The notes under the pieces are model-generated. The model worked only from the letters and a program-made list of their open reading frames with translations, did no database searches and was not told the DNA's origin. A stretch of 64,000 nucleotides of DNA from Carcharhinus amblyrhynchos. Taxonomy: Eukaryota. The stretch spans positions 19,034,001-19,098,000 of the forward strand of contig OZ336892.1 of assembly GCA_965287045.1 (NCBI GenBank). Reading direction: 5' to 3'. Position 1 is the first letter of the stretch, and the number at the start of each line of letters is the position of its first letter. Position numbers and translations under genes: made by a program. Positions 49,416 through 61,796 of this stretch are shown here, piece after piece.

Positions 49416-50159
49416 ATATTGCAGAGTCTGCACGTTCTCCCCGTGTCTGCGTGGGTTTCCTCCAGGTGCACCGGTTTCCTCTCACATTCCGAAAGACGTG
49501 CTGGTTAGGTGCACTGGCAATACTAAATTCTCCCTCGGTGTACCCAAACAGGCGCCAGAGTGTGGCGACTAGGGGAATTTCTCAGTGCAGCGTAAACGTA
49601 AGCCTACTTGTGACACGAATAAAATTGAAAGAAAAATAAAGATTTCTGATGACCCATCAAAGCTTACTTCACATGTAAAAGCTGGTTTCAGTTCACGGGT
49701 AAATGCATTTTTGTCTATTGAAGTGATCCTTTGTATTGGGCATGAGAAGAAAAGTAGAATCTTTTGAGGTATGATTTACGGAATATTTGCAGGTAGTAAA
49801 ATAATAATAACTTGAGTCAGTTATTTGTGATTTGAACAGTAGTCGCCCCGCATCAGTTATAGATTTCCCTCCTTTCATTGTGTCTCGCCATTTACCTGTA
49901 CTACAAATCATTCATACCTTTGTTGCCAGAGTACAAAAACAGTGTCAATCTTTCCTTCCTGCCTCTGGTGCTCTCCATTGAACATTCCATTCCTTGATGC
50001 CATGGATAAGATGGAGAATCCACTTTATTGGGATTCCTCACCATTAATCTGGGTGCTGCAATTTTATCTCAGAATATTGACTACTGCATACTTGGGAGCT
50101 TCACTCGTCCACGTCTATTCCATTCCCGTTCTAAAAGTGTCCATTTCTCACGCACTCAC

Positions 50160-50263
50160 CTGAATTATTTGGCTTCTCCGTGAAAAGATCCCGAAAAGAG
50201 CAGTCAGCACAATAACCACCAGCCCAGCAATGATTGGTTCAATTGGTAATTCATAAGGTTTGT
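50160..50263 (-). CDS. TMIGD1: TMIGD1 transmembrane exon (104 nt): (D)KPYELPIEPIIAGLVVIVLTALFGIFSRRSQIIQ
   Basis: gacAG acceptor and GTGAGT donor, phase 1/0. PIEPIIA..VV..LT..FG...RR is diagnostic of TMIGD1. Not present in the ORF track. Confidence 0.95.
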
Positions 50264-50324
50264 CTGTCAAAGAACATAATCGCATTTTTTTAAGAACAGC
50301 AGCAATTTTTTAAAAACATAAATT

Positions 50325-50960
50325 AAATATAGTTTTATGGATGGATGGACTGTCTCAAAGCACTTTACTGCAATGGTATACTTTGGAAGTGTCAGCATTA
50401 CTTGTAATATTGGAAACGCAGCAGCCAATTTGCATGTAGTAAGCTTCCACAAATAAAGTTGTGATAATGACCAGTTTTTTGTGATGTTGATTGAGGGACA
50501 AATATTGGTTAGGATAACTTTCTTGCTCTTATTCAAAATAGTGTTATGGGATCTATTACATCTGCCTAAGAGGGCAGACAGGGTTTATCAAGTTATCCCA
50601 AATTATGGCACCTTTGACAGTACAGCACTCCCTTTGCCTGTGTGGAGTCTGCACATTCTCCCCTTGTCTGCTTGGGTTTTCTCTGGATGCTTCGGTTTCC
50701 TCCTACAGTCTGGGGTTGGCTGCATTGGTTAAGTGCTGGTTAGGTGGATTGGCCATGCTAATTTCTCCCTCAGTGTGCCCGAACAGGTGCTAGAGTGTGG
50801 CAACTAGGGGATTTTCACAGTAACATTATTGCAGTGTTAATGTAAGCTACTTGTGTCACTAATAAATAATTAAAACCTCAATACTACAGTGAAGAGTCAG
50901 ACTAGATTTTTCTGCTCAAGTACTGGACTGGGAACCAAACACACAATCTTCAGACTCTGC
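50325..50960 (-). mobile_element. DeuSINE split by an HE1 tail-B copy (50637-50872)
   Basis: Colinear with 9358-9770 on both sides of the insert. Confidence 0.7.
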
Positions 50961-51484
50961 TTCTAGTGAAGGTCAGCAACATCTTGTTCATTTAATAAAC
51001 TGCAACTGCCGAAGAAGAGAAACTAGTAGTTTGCCATTAGAACAAATCATTATTTGTCTAGTTTATTTATTAGTGTCACAGGTAAGCTTACATTAACACT
51101 GCAATGAAGTCACTGCAAAAATCCCCTAGCCGCCACACACTGGCACCTGATCGGGTACACTAAGGGGGAATTTAGTATGGCCAATGCACCGAACCAGCAA
51201 GCATCTCAGACTGTGGGAAACTGGAACACCTGGGAAGAAACCCATGCAGACATGGGGAGAATGTGCAGACCTGCACAGACAATGACCCAAGCCAGGAATT
51301 GAACCCGGGTCCTTGGTGCCATGAAGCAGCAGTGTTAACCATTGTGCCACCATGCCACCTATTTGGATTGGAAAAGAACTCATACAATAAAAACACACAA
51401 AAATGGAATACAGAAAAGGAAATATTACATTTGCTCATTTGAGGTTAGCTGTTCATCAGGGTTATGAGGCTTGTTCATTCTTAC

Positions 51485-51769
51485 CTTTCACATTCAGGTG
51501 GAAGGACAGATTGCTGCTTCCAAGTGTAGACTTTGCCATACAGGTGTATGTCCCACTTTCCATCTTCTGTATCTTCCTCATAGATAGTCTAAAAACACTA
51601 CTGTCCCAGTGCACACTGTGTCTGCCGGCCATCATCTTCAAGGTATTGTTATCTTTATACCAGGACATCACAGCTGGTGGGTTCGATTTCACATTACATG
51701 TTAGCGCCACATCATTTCCTGCAAATACTTCTATTTCCTCCTCTCCATCCCTACTCAGAATGGGGATAA
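51485..51769 (-). CDS. TMIGD1: TMIGD1 Ig domain 2 exon (285 nt): IPILSRDG...VALTCNVKSNPPAVMSWYKD...ESGTYTCMAKSTLG...FHLNVK
   Basis: tttttAG acceptor and GTAAG donor, phase 1/1. I-set/C2 Ig motifs CNVKSNP, WYK, GTYTC, FHL.VK. Confidence 0.95.
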
Positions 51770-51937
51770 CTAAAAATTCAAGCATAAAATACTACACATA
51801 ATTATAAAGCTATTTTAAATTGTTACTTTTATGTACTATTTCTAAACATGAACACATTAAAATTGCTGTTCAAATATCACACCGTAGACATACTAAATTC
51901 TTTTCTGAATGTTAAAGATGAAATGTTCACACTCTTC

Positions 51938-52543
51938 CATAGAACCCTTACAGTGTAGCAGGAGACCATTCAACCCATCAAGTCTGCACCAATTCTCCAA
52001 ATGAGCAGCTTGCCCAAGCTCACCCCACTGGCCCATCACCATAACCCACACATTTACTATGGCTAATCCACCTAACCTAGATATCTTTGGACTGTGGGAG
52101 AAAACCAGAGCACCTGGAGGACACCCATGCAGACACAGGGAGAATGTGCAAACATCACACAGAGAGTCACCCAAGGCCAGAATCAAACCCATGTTGCTGG
52201 TCCACTGAGGCAACAATGCTAAATACAATGCCACCATGCCACCCTTTCTTTTTAAGTTTATTTATTTATTGGTGTCACAAGTAGGCTTACATTAACATTG
52301 CAATGAAGTTACTGTGAAAACCCCCTAGTCACCACAGTCCAGCACCTATTCAGGTACACTGAGGGAGAATTTAGCAGAACCAATGCACCTACCAACATGC
52401 CTTTCAGACTGTGGGAGGAAACCCATGTAGACACAGGAAGGATGTGCAAATGTCACACAGGGAGTCACCGAAGGCCAGAATCAAGCCCACGTTCCTGGCG
52501 CTGTGAGGCAGCTGTGCTAACCACTGTGCCACTGTGTCACCCT
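51938..52543 (-). mobile_element. Adjacent HE1 copies: tail A (51938-52243) and tail B (52255-52543)
   Basis: Both heads and both tail types visible side by side. Confidence 0.85.
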
Positions 52544-52769
52544 TTCTGAGAAACATATTGGACATTCCATTGAAAGCAATAGTACATGGCCTTCAAGGTG
52601 CCTCAACACTATACCAGAGGTGTTATTTTTTTCAATTTCTCGTTCACTTTGCCTGCCTGAACAAATTTGCCGAACCAAAAAAATCTTGGATCATAAATAT
52701 CTGTGGCCTAAATCATACCAAACCTGAAAAGATCATTTCATAACAGAGAGTCTGATTATCAAAAAAAAT

Positions 52770-53200
52770 TCAACAGCATTCGAGAGGGTGCAGAGGAGAT
52801 TTACTACCAATAAGAAGAGACGTCAGCAATGAGAAAAGAAGAGAGAAACGAGGATTCTTCCCCTGAGCACATTGAAGAGTGTGGGGAGATTTAAAATGAG
52901 TATGCAAAATTGGGAAGAGCTTTGACAGAGTAAATAAGAAGGAACTGTTTCCACTAAAATGCAAGTCTTAACTTCAGAACATAGCACTGAGAAAATTATC
53001 GAGTAACTATAGGGAGATGAGTCTTTTGTTAAATGAGATGCTATGATCTGCAATGCACTATCTGAAAGAGTGATGAAGCAAAATGCCAGTAACTTCCAAA
53101 AGGCAACTGAAAATCTGTTTGGAAGGAAAGAAATACGGGACCGTGGGAAAAGACCAAAGCAATGGAACTGACTGGATTGCTCTTTCAATGAGCCAGCACA
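52770..53200 (+). mobile_element. Old CR1 3' fragment
   Basis: ERVQRRFT and LFPL remnants; CR1-type 3' UTR. Confidence 0.65.
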
Positions 53201-54249
53201 TGCGCCCAGGTCCAGATATATTTCTTCTCTTTTCTAAGGTTTTATGAGTCCATTTAAATTGAGCTGCCATTAACTTCCTGTACTTGACCCACTCACGCCA
53301 TTTGCCTCTCCTTGTTATAGAATGAATAGCTTACATTTTTATTCCCAGCTGAATCAGGAACATGAGGTGAGTTTTCCCATTCTACCCACTATGGCAAAGG
53401 TCCATTTACCTCAGGTGGGATTTCCTGGTTTCGGGGTGAGAGCAGCCAAAAAATCCCTCCCAAAATACTTCAATCAAAGTTTGCATTCTGTGCTTCCTAT
53501 AATGTGGTGAGAAATTTACCACGAACCTCTCTACCGGCTTTCTGATGTTCTCCACCATTTCTGGGATTTTGGTTGATGTACTTTAAGCGCATGTAAGTAA
53601 TGGGAACATATAATTTCTGCCTGTACAATGTTGCAGCAGTATATCCATAATACTCCTGGCATCACGCCAGTGGCAAAGGAATTGGTGGCTATCTCTCTTT
53701 ACCATCTCAAACCAGCAAAGCATCAATGCCAATGAGGGAGAATTGAAACAAAATTAAACTTTAACCTGCACGATTGATTCTAGGATGAGCAATTTCATAA
53801 GGTAATGCATTATTTTAAAACAGAATTTAATTTCAGAGCAATTCGTTTTGTCACCTTGAGTTAATTGCTGAGATGCTTCAAAGGTTCTAGATTGTTGCTT
53901 GGGTCTATTGAGATGTTCCAAATTGGAAGAGCAGGCACCATCACACTTTGGCCTACCATAGAAACTTGCCTCCCACTTTGGATATGCAATATAGTTTAAG
54001 CTCTCGGTAGGCCCTGGGACCATGAAGTACTGCCATGACCAAAATTTTCAACTTCCCTCAAAAACTCTGGCCAAAATCTATCGGATGATGAAAGCTAATT
54101 TCTACACATGGTCTTACGATTCCATAACTAATACTGTGACTGGGTGAAAACTGAAAACTTTTTGATTTCTTTATTGGTAGTATCTCTTTCCCCAGTAAGT
54201 TCCTTTTAACAATATTGTTTTTTTCCAGTAAGATCAGTAGGTTACTCAC

Positions 54250-54528
54250 ATCTGATGTCCAAGTGCACAGTTACATTAACGTTACCATTTTTCTTTAAAC
54301 TGCAACTGAAGGTAGCATCAGTGTCATCTTCTGTAATTGGATCAACACAAACAGTGCTAATATTAATTTGATTCATAGCCTTCAATTTAATTTGTCTGTC
54401 TCCACGAAGCCAGACTAACTCTTCATCGCAGGTGTTGTTGACTGCTGAGCATGTTAACAAAAGAGAATCGGAGACATTCTTGATGATTCTGTAGTTAGTT
54501 GTGATACCATTGATAGCAAGACTTACAC
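54250..54528 (-). CDS. TMIGD1: TMIGD1 Ig domain 1 exon (279 nt): VSLAING...LLLTCSAVNNTCDEELVWLRGD...INISTVCV...DATFSCSL...VHLDIR
   Basis: AG/GTGAG boundaries, phase 1/1. Ig Cys-Trp-Cys pattern; EELxW and NxSxVCV motifs as in TMIGD1. Confidence 0.93.
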
Positions 54529-54627
54529 CTAGATGAAGAAGAATAGCATTACTTTGCATGCATCTGACAAGAGGATTCAACTTAGGAAGTAATAAGCACA
54601 ATATTTGTATTGTAAATTCCAAACTGT

Positions 54628-54978
54628 GTTTTTTTATTTGTGGGACATGGGCGTCGCTGGCAGGCCAGCATTTATTGCCCATCCCCAGTTGCCCGAGGGC
54701 AGTTAAGAATCAACCACATTGCTATGGCTCTGTAGTCACATGTAGGCCAGACCAGGTAAGGACGGCAGATTTCCTTCCCTAATAGTAATTAGTGAACCAA
54801 ATGAGTTTTTTCTGACAATGGTTTCACGGTCATCAGTAGATTATGAACTCCAACTATTTTTTAATTGAATTCAAATTCAATAATTGCGTGGTGGGATTTG
54901 AACCCTGGTCACCAGAACATTAGCTGAATTTCTAGATTAATAGTCTTGTGATAATACCACTAGGCCATCGCCTTCCCT
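54628..54978 (-). mobile_element. SINE family 2, full length
   Basis: Same as 1197-1550. Confidence 0.85.
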
Positions 54979-55134
54979 CCAGAGGTGAATAAAGTGATTA
55001 CAGAATAAGGTTTCTATCACATGAAAATGCTATGAAAGTCTACATTTTTATGACAGGACAAAAGAGTGTTGTTACTTTGAAAGCTCAAATCAAACAGCCT
55101 ACCTTAAAAAGGAAAAGCATCTACCCAGTTTTTT

Positions 55135-55995
55135 TATTTATTCTTTTACAAGTTGTAAATGTTGTTGGCTAGGTCAGCATTTATTGTCTATCCCTAATTT
55201 CCTTTCGAGAACATGGTGGTGAGCTGCCTTCTTGAATCATTGCAGTCCTGCTAGTGTAGGTGCACCCACAGTGCTATGAGGAAGGGAGTTCCAGGATTTT
55301 GACCTAGTGACAGTAAAGGAACAGGATATAGTTCCAAATCAGAATGGTGTGTGGCTTTGAGGGATATTTGCAGGTGGTGATGTTCTCATGTATCTGCTGC
55401 CCTTGTCCTAATAGGTGGCAGAAGCTGTGGGTTTCGAAAGTGTTGTTAGAGACTTAGGGAGTTTTGCAGTGCATCTTGTAAATGGTACACACTGCTGCCA
55501 CTGTGAATTGGTGGTGGAGGGAATGAATGCTTAATGTGGTGGATGAGCTGTCAAGTGGCTTGGATGGCACTGAACTTTTTGAGTGTTGTTGGAGCTGCAC
55601 TCATCCAGGCAGGTGGACACTATCCCATAGCCCTCCTGACTTGTGCCTTTTAGACAGTGGACAAGCTTTGGTGAGTCAGGAAGTGAGTTATTATGCCCAG
55701 CCACAGTCCTGCTCTTGTAGCTACAGTATTTAGAGGTGGTCTGGTAACACTCAGGATATCAGAAGTGGACAACTCAGCAATTGTGTTGCCATTGAATGTC
55801 AATGAAAGGGTTTTACATTCTCCCTTGGTGGAGATCACTGACTGACACTTGTGTGGCATAAATGTCACTTGCCACTCATCAGCCCAAGACTAAATGTTGT
55901 TCAAGTCTGGTAGCATATCTGAGTAATTGTGAATGGTGCAATACATTGCGCAATTGTCACGAAACATTCCATTTCTGACTTTATGATGGGGGGTT
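55135..55995 (-). mobile_element. Second LINE family 3' part (clade uncertain, CR1/L2-like RT); partner of SINE family 2
   Basis: VTFMPHKCQ..IS...LTFNG..I.E remnants; ends in a GGGATAGACAATAAATGCTG tail. Other pieces at 7560-8030, 37530-37640 and 61410-61585. Confidence 0.7.
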
Positions 55996-57152
55996 CTGGA
56001 GCAGAAGTCTAATTGAGTTACTAATGCTGTAACTATAAATCTTACGTTATAATGTTTAATTTGCTCATCAATTTCTTTTTGATGTGAGACTAAAGTGAAG
56101 AGTTTGTGGCTCCACTAACTAAATTTTTTTTATCTAATAGCTCACAGACATCAGGTAAACAAAACATGTAGTTGATTTTGGGCAGCACAAGGAGCTTTTT
56201 GAATTACTTCTCCACTTAATTGCCGAAAAAATATACCTAATGCAGCTCAGCTATTTTGAATGATGCAAACAAAAAAAAATCAGGAAGAAGGAAATGAGAC
56301 TTTAAAAAAACTGATTTAAAATGTCAATAAACTGGAATGGAGTATGACTACCAAGTTTCAGAATTTGTCTACAAATTGCATTGCGCAAACCAGTCAAATT
56401 CAGTTTTTGAAACATCAGTACAAGTATAGGCCATTCAACCCCTCAAACCTGTTCTATCATTCAGATAGATCATGACTAATCGGTATCTCAACACCATTTA
56501 GCTACTGTTTATCGATATCCATCAGTTCCATTATGTAATAAAATCAGACTTAATCATTTCATTTGTTTACGGCATTCACAATCTTTCAGAGAAAGAAATT
56601 CTAGATTCCTGTTAACAATTGAGTGAATATAGGTTTGCTGATTTCATTCCTGAATGGTTAGTTGTAATCCTTCATTGAAAAGTTCTGCATCCAGATCTTA
56701 AGTTTGACAAATGTGATGCCTGCCAATTTATTTCACACAAAGCATCATTTCAGGAGGGGCACAGATTGGTATTATACATCAGAAAACCATGGAACATTAA
56801 TACTCAGTCATTAATTCGCTGACTGGAATAATAAAGTCGCTCACAAAGTTGGAGAAATTTCTTTACTCAAAGTCCGATTATTATTTAGTACATGTTATAA
56901 GGTAAGGGAATGGAATCAAAGGCATTTGGACATTCAAAATGAGGCTGATGTCTGGCAGAGTAAGGGTGCTGGACATAAGAGCTCCATAGAGTGAACTGAC
57001 GGTTTCATCCTTGAACTTTTCATATATTCTTAGAAATGATTTGTTCTAGTCATTGTAAAAGCTATTGATTTCCAGGTGTTTCTTCAATATTCTGTTTACG
57101 TCATAAAAAAATCAACGCTTTTGGGCACAAGTATGTTTGTGTCACAAATCAC

Positions 57153-57538
57153 AGGGGAGGCAATGGCCGAGTGGTATTATCATTTGTCTATTAATCCAGA
57201 AAATCAGCTAATGTTCCGGGGACCCAGATTTGAATCCTGTCACGACAGCTGGTGGAATTTGAATTCAATAAAAAAATCTGGAAGTAAAAATCTACTGATG
57301 GCCATGAAACCATTGTCAATTGTCGAAAAAACCCAACTGGTTCACTAATGTCCTTTAGGGAAGGAAATTAGTGTTCTTACCTGGTCTGGCCTACATGTAA
57401 CCGCAGAGCCACAGCAATGTGACTATCAACTACCCTCTGAAATGGCCTAGCAAGCCACTCAGTTCAAGGGCAACTAGGGATGGGCAATAAATGCTGGTCA
57501 AGCCAGCGATGCCCAAGTCCCGCGGATGAATAAAAAAA
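57153..57538 (+). mobile_element. SINE family 2, full length
   Basis: Same family, with the longer 3' variant. Confidence 0.85.
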
Positions 57539-58393
57539 GAGTCTGTTAGCCAGAAACGTTTCTTAGCGATTAGCAACCTGATCAGAAGTCACGCTCTTGC
57601 TGTCAGTAGCATTATTACGTATAAATACAATATATAACATATAAGCAACTAACAATATCACTACACTTAATTGACTTCGCATGGAATCCCTACAATGCAG
57701 AAGGAGGCTATTCCGCCCATCGAGTCTGCACCAACAACAATCCCACCCAGGTCCTATCCCATAACCCCACGTATTTACCTCATTAATCCCTTTAAACTAC
57801 ACATCCTGGGACACTAAGGGGCAATTTAGCATGGCCAATCAACCCAACCGGCACATCCTTGGACAGTGGGAGAAAATTAAGGCACCCGGGGAGGATGTGC
57901 AAGCTCCACATAGACAGTGACCCAAGCCAGGAATTGAACCCGGGTGCTAACCATCGTGCCACCATGCTGCCCTTTAATAAATAGTTTGGAGGAGAAGGAT
58001 TGGTACAAATTCACATTTTTAAAAAAAATCTTAAGTTAGCTCTTGAGAAGCCATTGAGTTACTGAAAGTATGTATTTATCAAGTGTAGACTCTTGAAAGC
58101 TGACTTTGTTGACTTTTTACAAGCTACATAGAGTTGGTGCACTCTTAACACACTTTCAAAGCACACTTATTGCAACAAATTCTACAGAATGTGATATAAC
58201 TATGGTACGTTCAAAGCTAATATTGAGTTTAACACTGACTATATCGAACATTGATAGCAGTGATCCAAAATGTGATAAGCACCAAATGAACATACACTGA
58301 AATAAATAAAGATTTTCACATGGTTGAATGAGGTTAGAGTATTCCCACTGTGTGTTCCGGTCATTGAAAATAAATTAACATATAAATACATAC

Positions 58394-58472
58394 CTGTGTA
58401 TGCAGGAACAAAATGTAATGCCACAATAAAACTTAGCCCAATAATTAGATTCTCAAGGATCCATGGAGCCAT
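58394..58472 (-). CDS. TMIGD1: TMIGD1 signal-peptide exon: MAPWILENLIIGLSFIVALHFVPAYT(G)
   Basis: ATG at 58472, hydrophobic leader, G|GTATG phase-1 donor compatible with the Ig1 exon. Candidate upstream acceptor ttttcttcAG at 58535-58536. Confidence 0.85.
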
Positions 58473-61029
58473 ATTTCAGGGATAAATGAAGAATTAGTAA
58501 AATTCTAAAGAGCTTTTGTATTCCTGATGAAGTTCTGAAGAAAAACAAGGTTCCCAAAAAAAAGGTGAACCTTTGACGAATTACTTCAGTTGTCGAACTG
58601 ACATTTTTTGCTGGCTTGCCTCAGCATACGTGCTAACCGAGAAAGATCTCAACAAAACTGTACGCTATGTCATGAGAAACAGCCTTAAACAGCTAAATCT
58701 GATGCTTTCATCTTGAAAGTTAATATCTAATCCTTCAACATAAATGTATCTTGATTGATTTTTATGGCACCAGTAACGTAGATTTGAATTGCACAGTTTA
58801 CATCTCCCCATTTTTGTTTTATAGTTTTTATAAGTGGGGGTCAGTAAAAGTTAACAACTGAGCAAGGTCATGAAATTTACCCATAATCCGATTAACCAAG
58901 GTGTTCAGTATTACTTCAAGGACACAGTTACATTTATTTTGATGATGTCAAATTATCACTGAAAGAGATAACAATGACCGATGAATGACATGTTGAAACT
59001 TTATCTGTCTCAATATCTTCTGTTGTCTCCTTCCAACAAAATAACTTGAAACTTGTGCAGTCCTTTGGCTGACAGCAATTAACTGTGATGCATGTGGTTA
59101 CCTTTGTAATTACTAGAAGTCAGTTTAAGAAATGAATAAAACCTTGTGGACCCAGTGGACAGACAGAGATTGGACTCCTTATACATGATAACTAAAAAGA
59201 GTAGACTCTCAGAACAAAAATTATAGCTGTTTCAATCATATATTAAAGAATGTGGAATTAAATTGACTTTCATCAAATTGGTATGTATGAAGCTGATTAA
59301 AAGTCTTGGACTATCATAAAAAGCTTGCGTTAAGGAACAGCTAATTTGGTCTTTGAGGCCACTTCTTTTGAAGGACAATCCCTAATTAGTTAACCTAAAG
59401 AGGAACGTAAATAACTACAAGTAAAGACCTCTAGAATAAAAAAAAATCTACTTTTAAAAAAAGGAACAAACTTATACATTCTCAAGTAAACAACTTAAAG
59501 TACAATTTGCATGAAACTGAAAAGGCTGTTGGTCCGAGACATTAAATGGTATTTAGTTTCCTGATGGGGTGTATAGACAAATCTCTTAACTCCCTAAATT
59601 CAACTCAACCATCTTTTCACAAACACTTTTCTCTATACTGAACTGAAATAATAAGAATGTGAAATAGCACAAAATTTGATTTCAAAGAAGGAGCCGTACA
59701 AACTGATAACAGGAAAAGTGTTCTCTGGTAGTTTATTGGTTAACATTAATTAAAAGGGCATTACAAGATGGCATACACACAGGGGATCTTCTGGAAGCAC
59801 CCCATATCCCACAATTTTATCAAGAAGCAATGTGTGATGCATCCGTTTACCACCAGTAAGCTTATTATGGAATTGCAGCCATACTTGAGCCCTATACCAG
59901 AGTATGGAAAGATTGCTGGTAGTTGTCAAGATCACTGGTCCTTAACTACATTGCAAGATCATGCTTCATAGAATCATAGAATCCCTACAGTGCAGAAGGA
60001 GACAATTCAGCCCATCAAGCCCACACACCGCCAATAATCCTATCTAGGCCCTATCCCATAACTCCACATATTTACCCTGTTAGTCCCCCTGATACTAAGA
60101 GGAATTTAGCATAGCCAATCCACCTAACCTGCACATCTTTGGAGTGTGGGAGAAAATGCACACAGACACGGGGAGAACGTACAAACTCCACACGGACAGT
60201 CACCCAAGGCCAGAATCGAACCCGGGTCCCTAGTGCTGTGACCACTCTGCCACCGTGCTACAAAGAAACTACAAAAGATATTGGCGGGATTTCCCCTCGC
60301 CCTCAGCATATTTTGCAGAGGCGGTCCGCCATTGGCCAGAAGTGGGATCTTCCAGTCCTGTCGCTGCCTATGGGGTTTCCCATTGCTTGCACTCTCCGCC
60401 TCTGGGGAACATATGGCAAGATCTTGGCTAACATCAGTGGGAGTTTGCCATTCACCACAATATACCGGGGGGAACATATACATCACAATCCCTACTGACA
60501 AAGGGAGTTTGTTGGATATGCTGAGCCAAGATGTCTGATTTCAAGAAGAAATTAGGTATAGCTCTAGAGGCTAAAGGGATCAAGGGATATGGGGGGAAGG
60601 GGGAAATCAGGATATTGAATTTGTTGATCAGCCATGATCAAAATGAATGGCAGAGCAGACTCAAAGGACCAAATCACATATTCCTGCTTCTAGTTGCTAT
60701 GACAGAATGAAACAGGACAAAAGTGCACTATGTTTCATCTACTTTGCAAGTTTCCCCAGAATCCAAGGTGTCATAGATTTCATTCATATTGCCTTGAGTA
60801 ATTCCCCCCCATCATCGATCAGTCTGATATCTTTGTGTATAGAAAGGGATAGTACTTTCTGAGGTTGCAGCTCATTTGAAACCAGATAGATTTTTGCTTG
60901 ACTTAATTAACCATTGATTAGATTTGAACCAATCAGCAACTTTGTCCAATACTAAAGAGAAATTAAAGATTTTCCACCATGAGAAAAGCTTTTCATCAAC
61001 AAGTCAGTTCTCCATGATTCATGATGAAG

Positions 61030-61275
61030 ATGGCTAAAAAGGCAGAGGGATAACAGATGTGCCAAAGACAAGGCCATTAAGAAGTTGTCATCCACAACAT
61101 TGTGGAGGCTAGTGTCTTTGATACGTATGTGTTGCCCAAGTTCTACGTGAAATTGCATTTCTGTGCCAGCTGTGCTATCCATAGTAAAGTGGTAAGAAAT
61201 TGTTCACGAGAAGTGAGGAGGGACCGAACCCCACCCCCACGTTTCTGGCCAAGTGCTGGACCTTTGAAAAAAAAA
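61030..61275 (+). pseudogene. RPS26: Processed 40S ribosomal protein S26 pseudogene
   Basis: MAKK...[58 protein letters not shown]. Intronless, two frameshifts, two internal deletions, ends in an A-run. Confidence 0.93.
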
Positions 61276-61409
61276 GCTAGGAATAGACATTTGAAAATTA
61301 AGTTGTTCAATTGTTTCACAAAACCAAACTTGATAATTCACTAAAAACCACAAATCTGATTTATTAAATTCTCAGAATAATTTTCAGAATGTATAAGCTT
61401 CCTTTGCGG

Positions 61410-61587
61410 TCGCTGGGTTAAAATCCTGGAATTCCCTTCCCTCCCACTGTGGGTCAACCCAGAACACACGGACTGCAGCGATTCAAGAAGGCAGCTCACC
61501 ATCACCTTCTCAAGGGCAACTAGGGATGGGCGATAAATGCGGGCTAGCCAGCGACGTCCATGTTCCACAAATGAATGAAAGAAAAAG
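61410..61587 (+). mobile_element. Second LINE family 3' end
   Basis: WNSLP...GLQRFKKAAHHHLLKGN* followed by the tail shared with SINE family 2. Confidence 0.75.
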
Positions 61588-61796
61588 CTAATATTTTGTT
61601 TCCATTCATATTCACATCATAAAGGCCAGAACAAAAAATGTAAGTGCCTGGTTGAGTCAATCACAATTTTTGCTCTTTTAATTTACATTGCCTTTGTGGC
61701 CCTTAGGAATTGTGACACTATAAATGGGCACTGAATGCAAGACTTTTAATTATTGAGGTCTTTGTAGTTTAATGTTGAATGTTTAATGGATATATT

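Noticed and set aside
51403-51801. 132-aa + strand ORF, and similarly 20540..20941
   Set aside because: Antisense shadows of real minus-strand exons.
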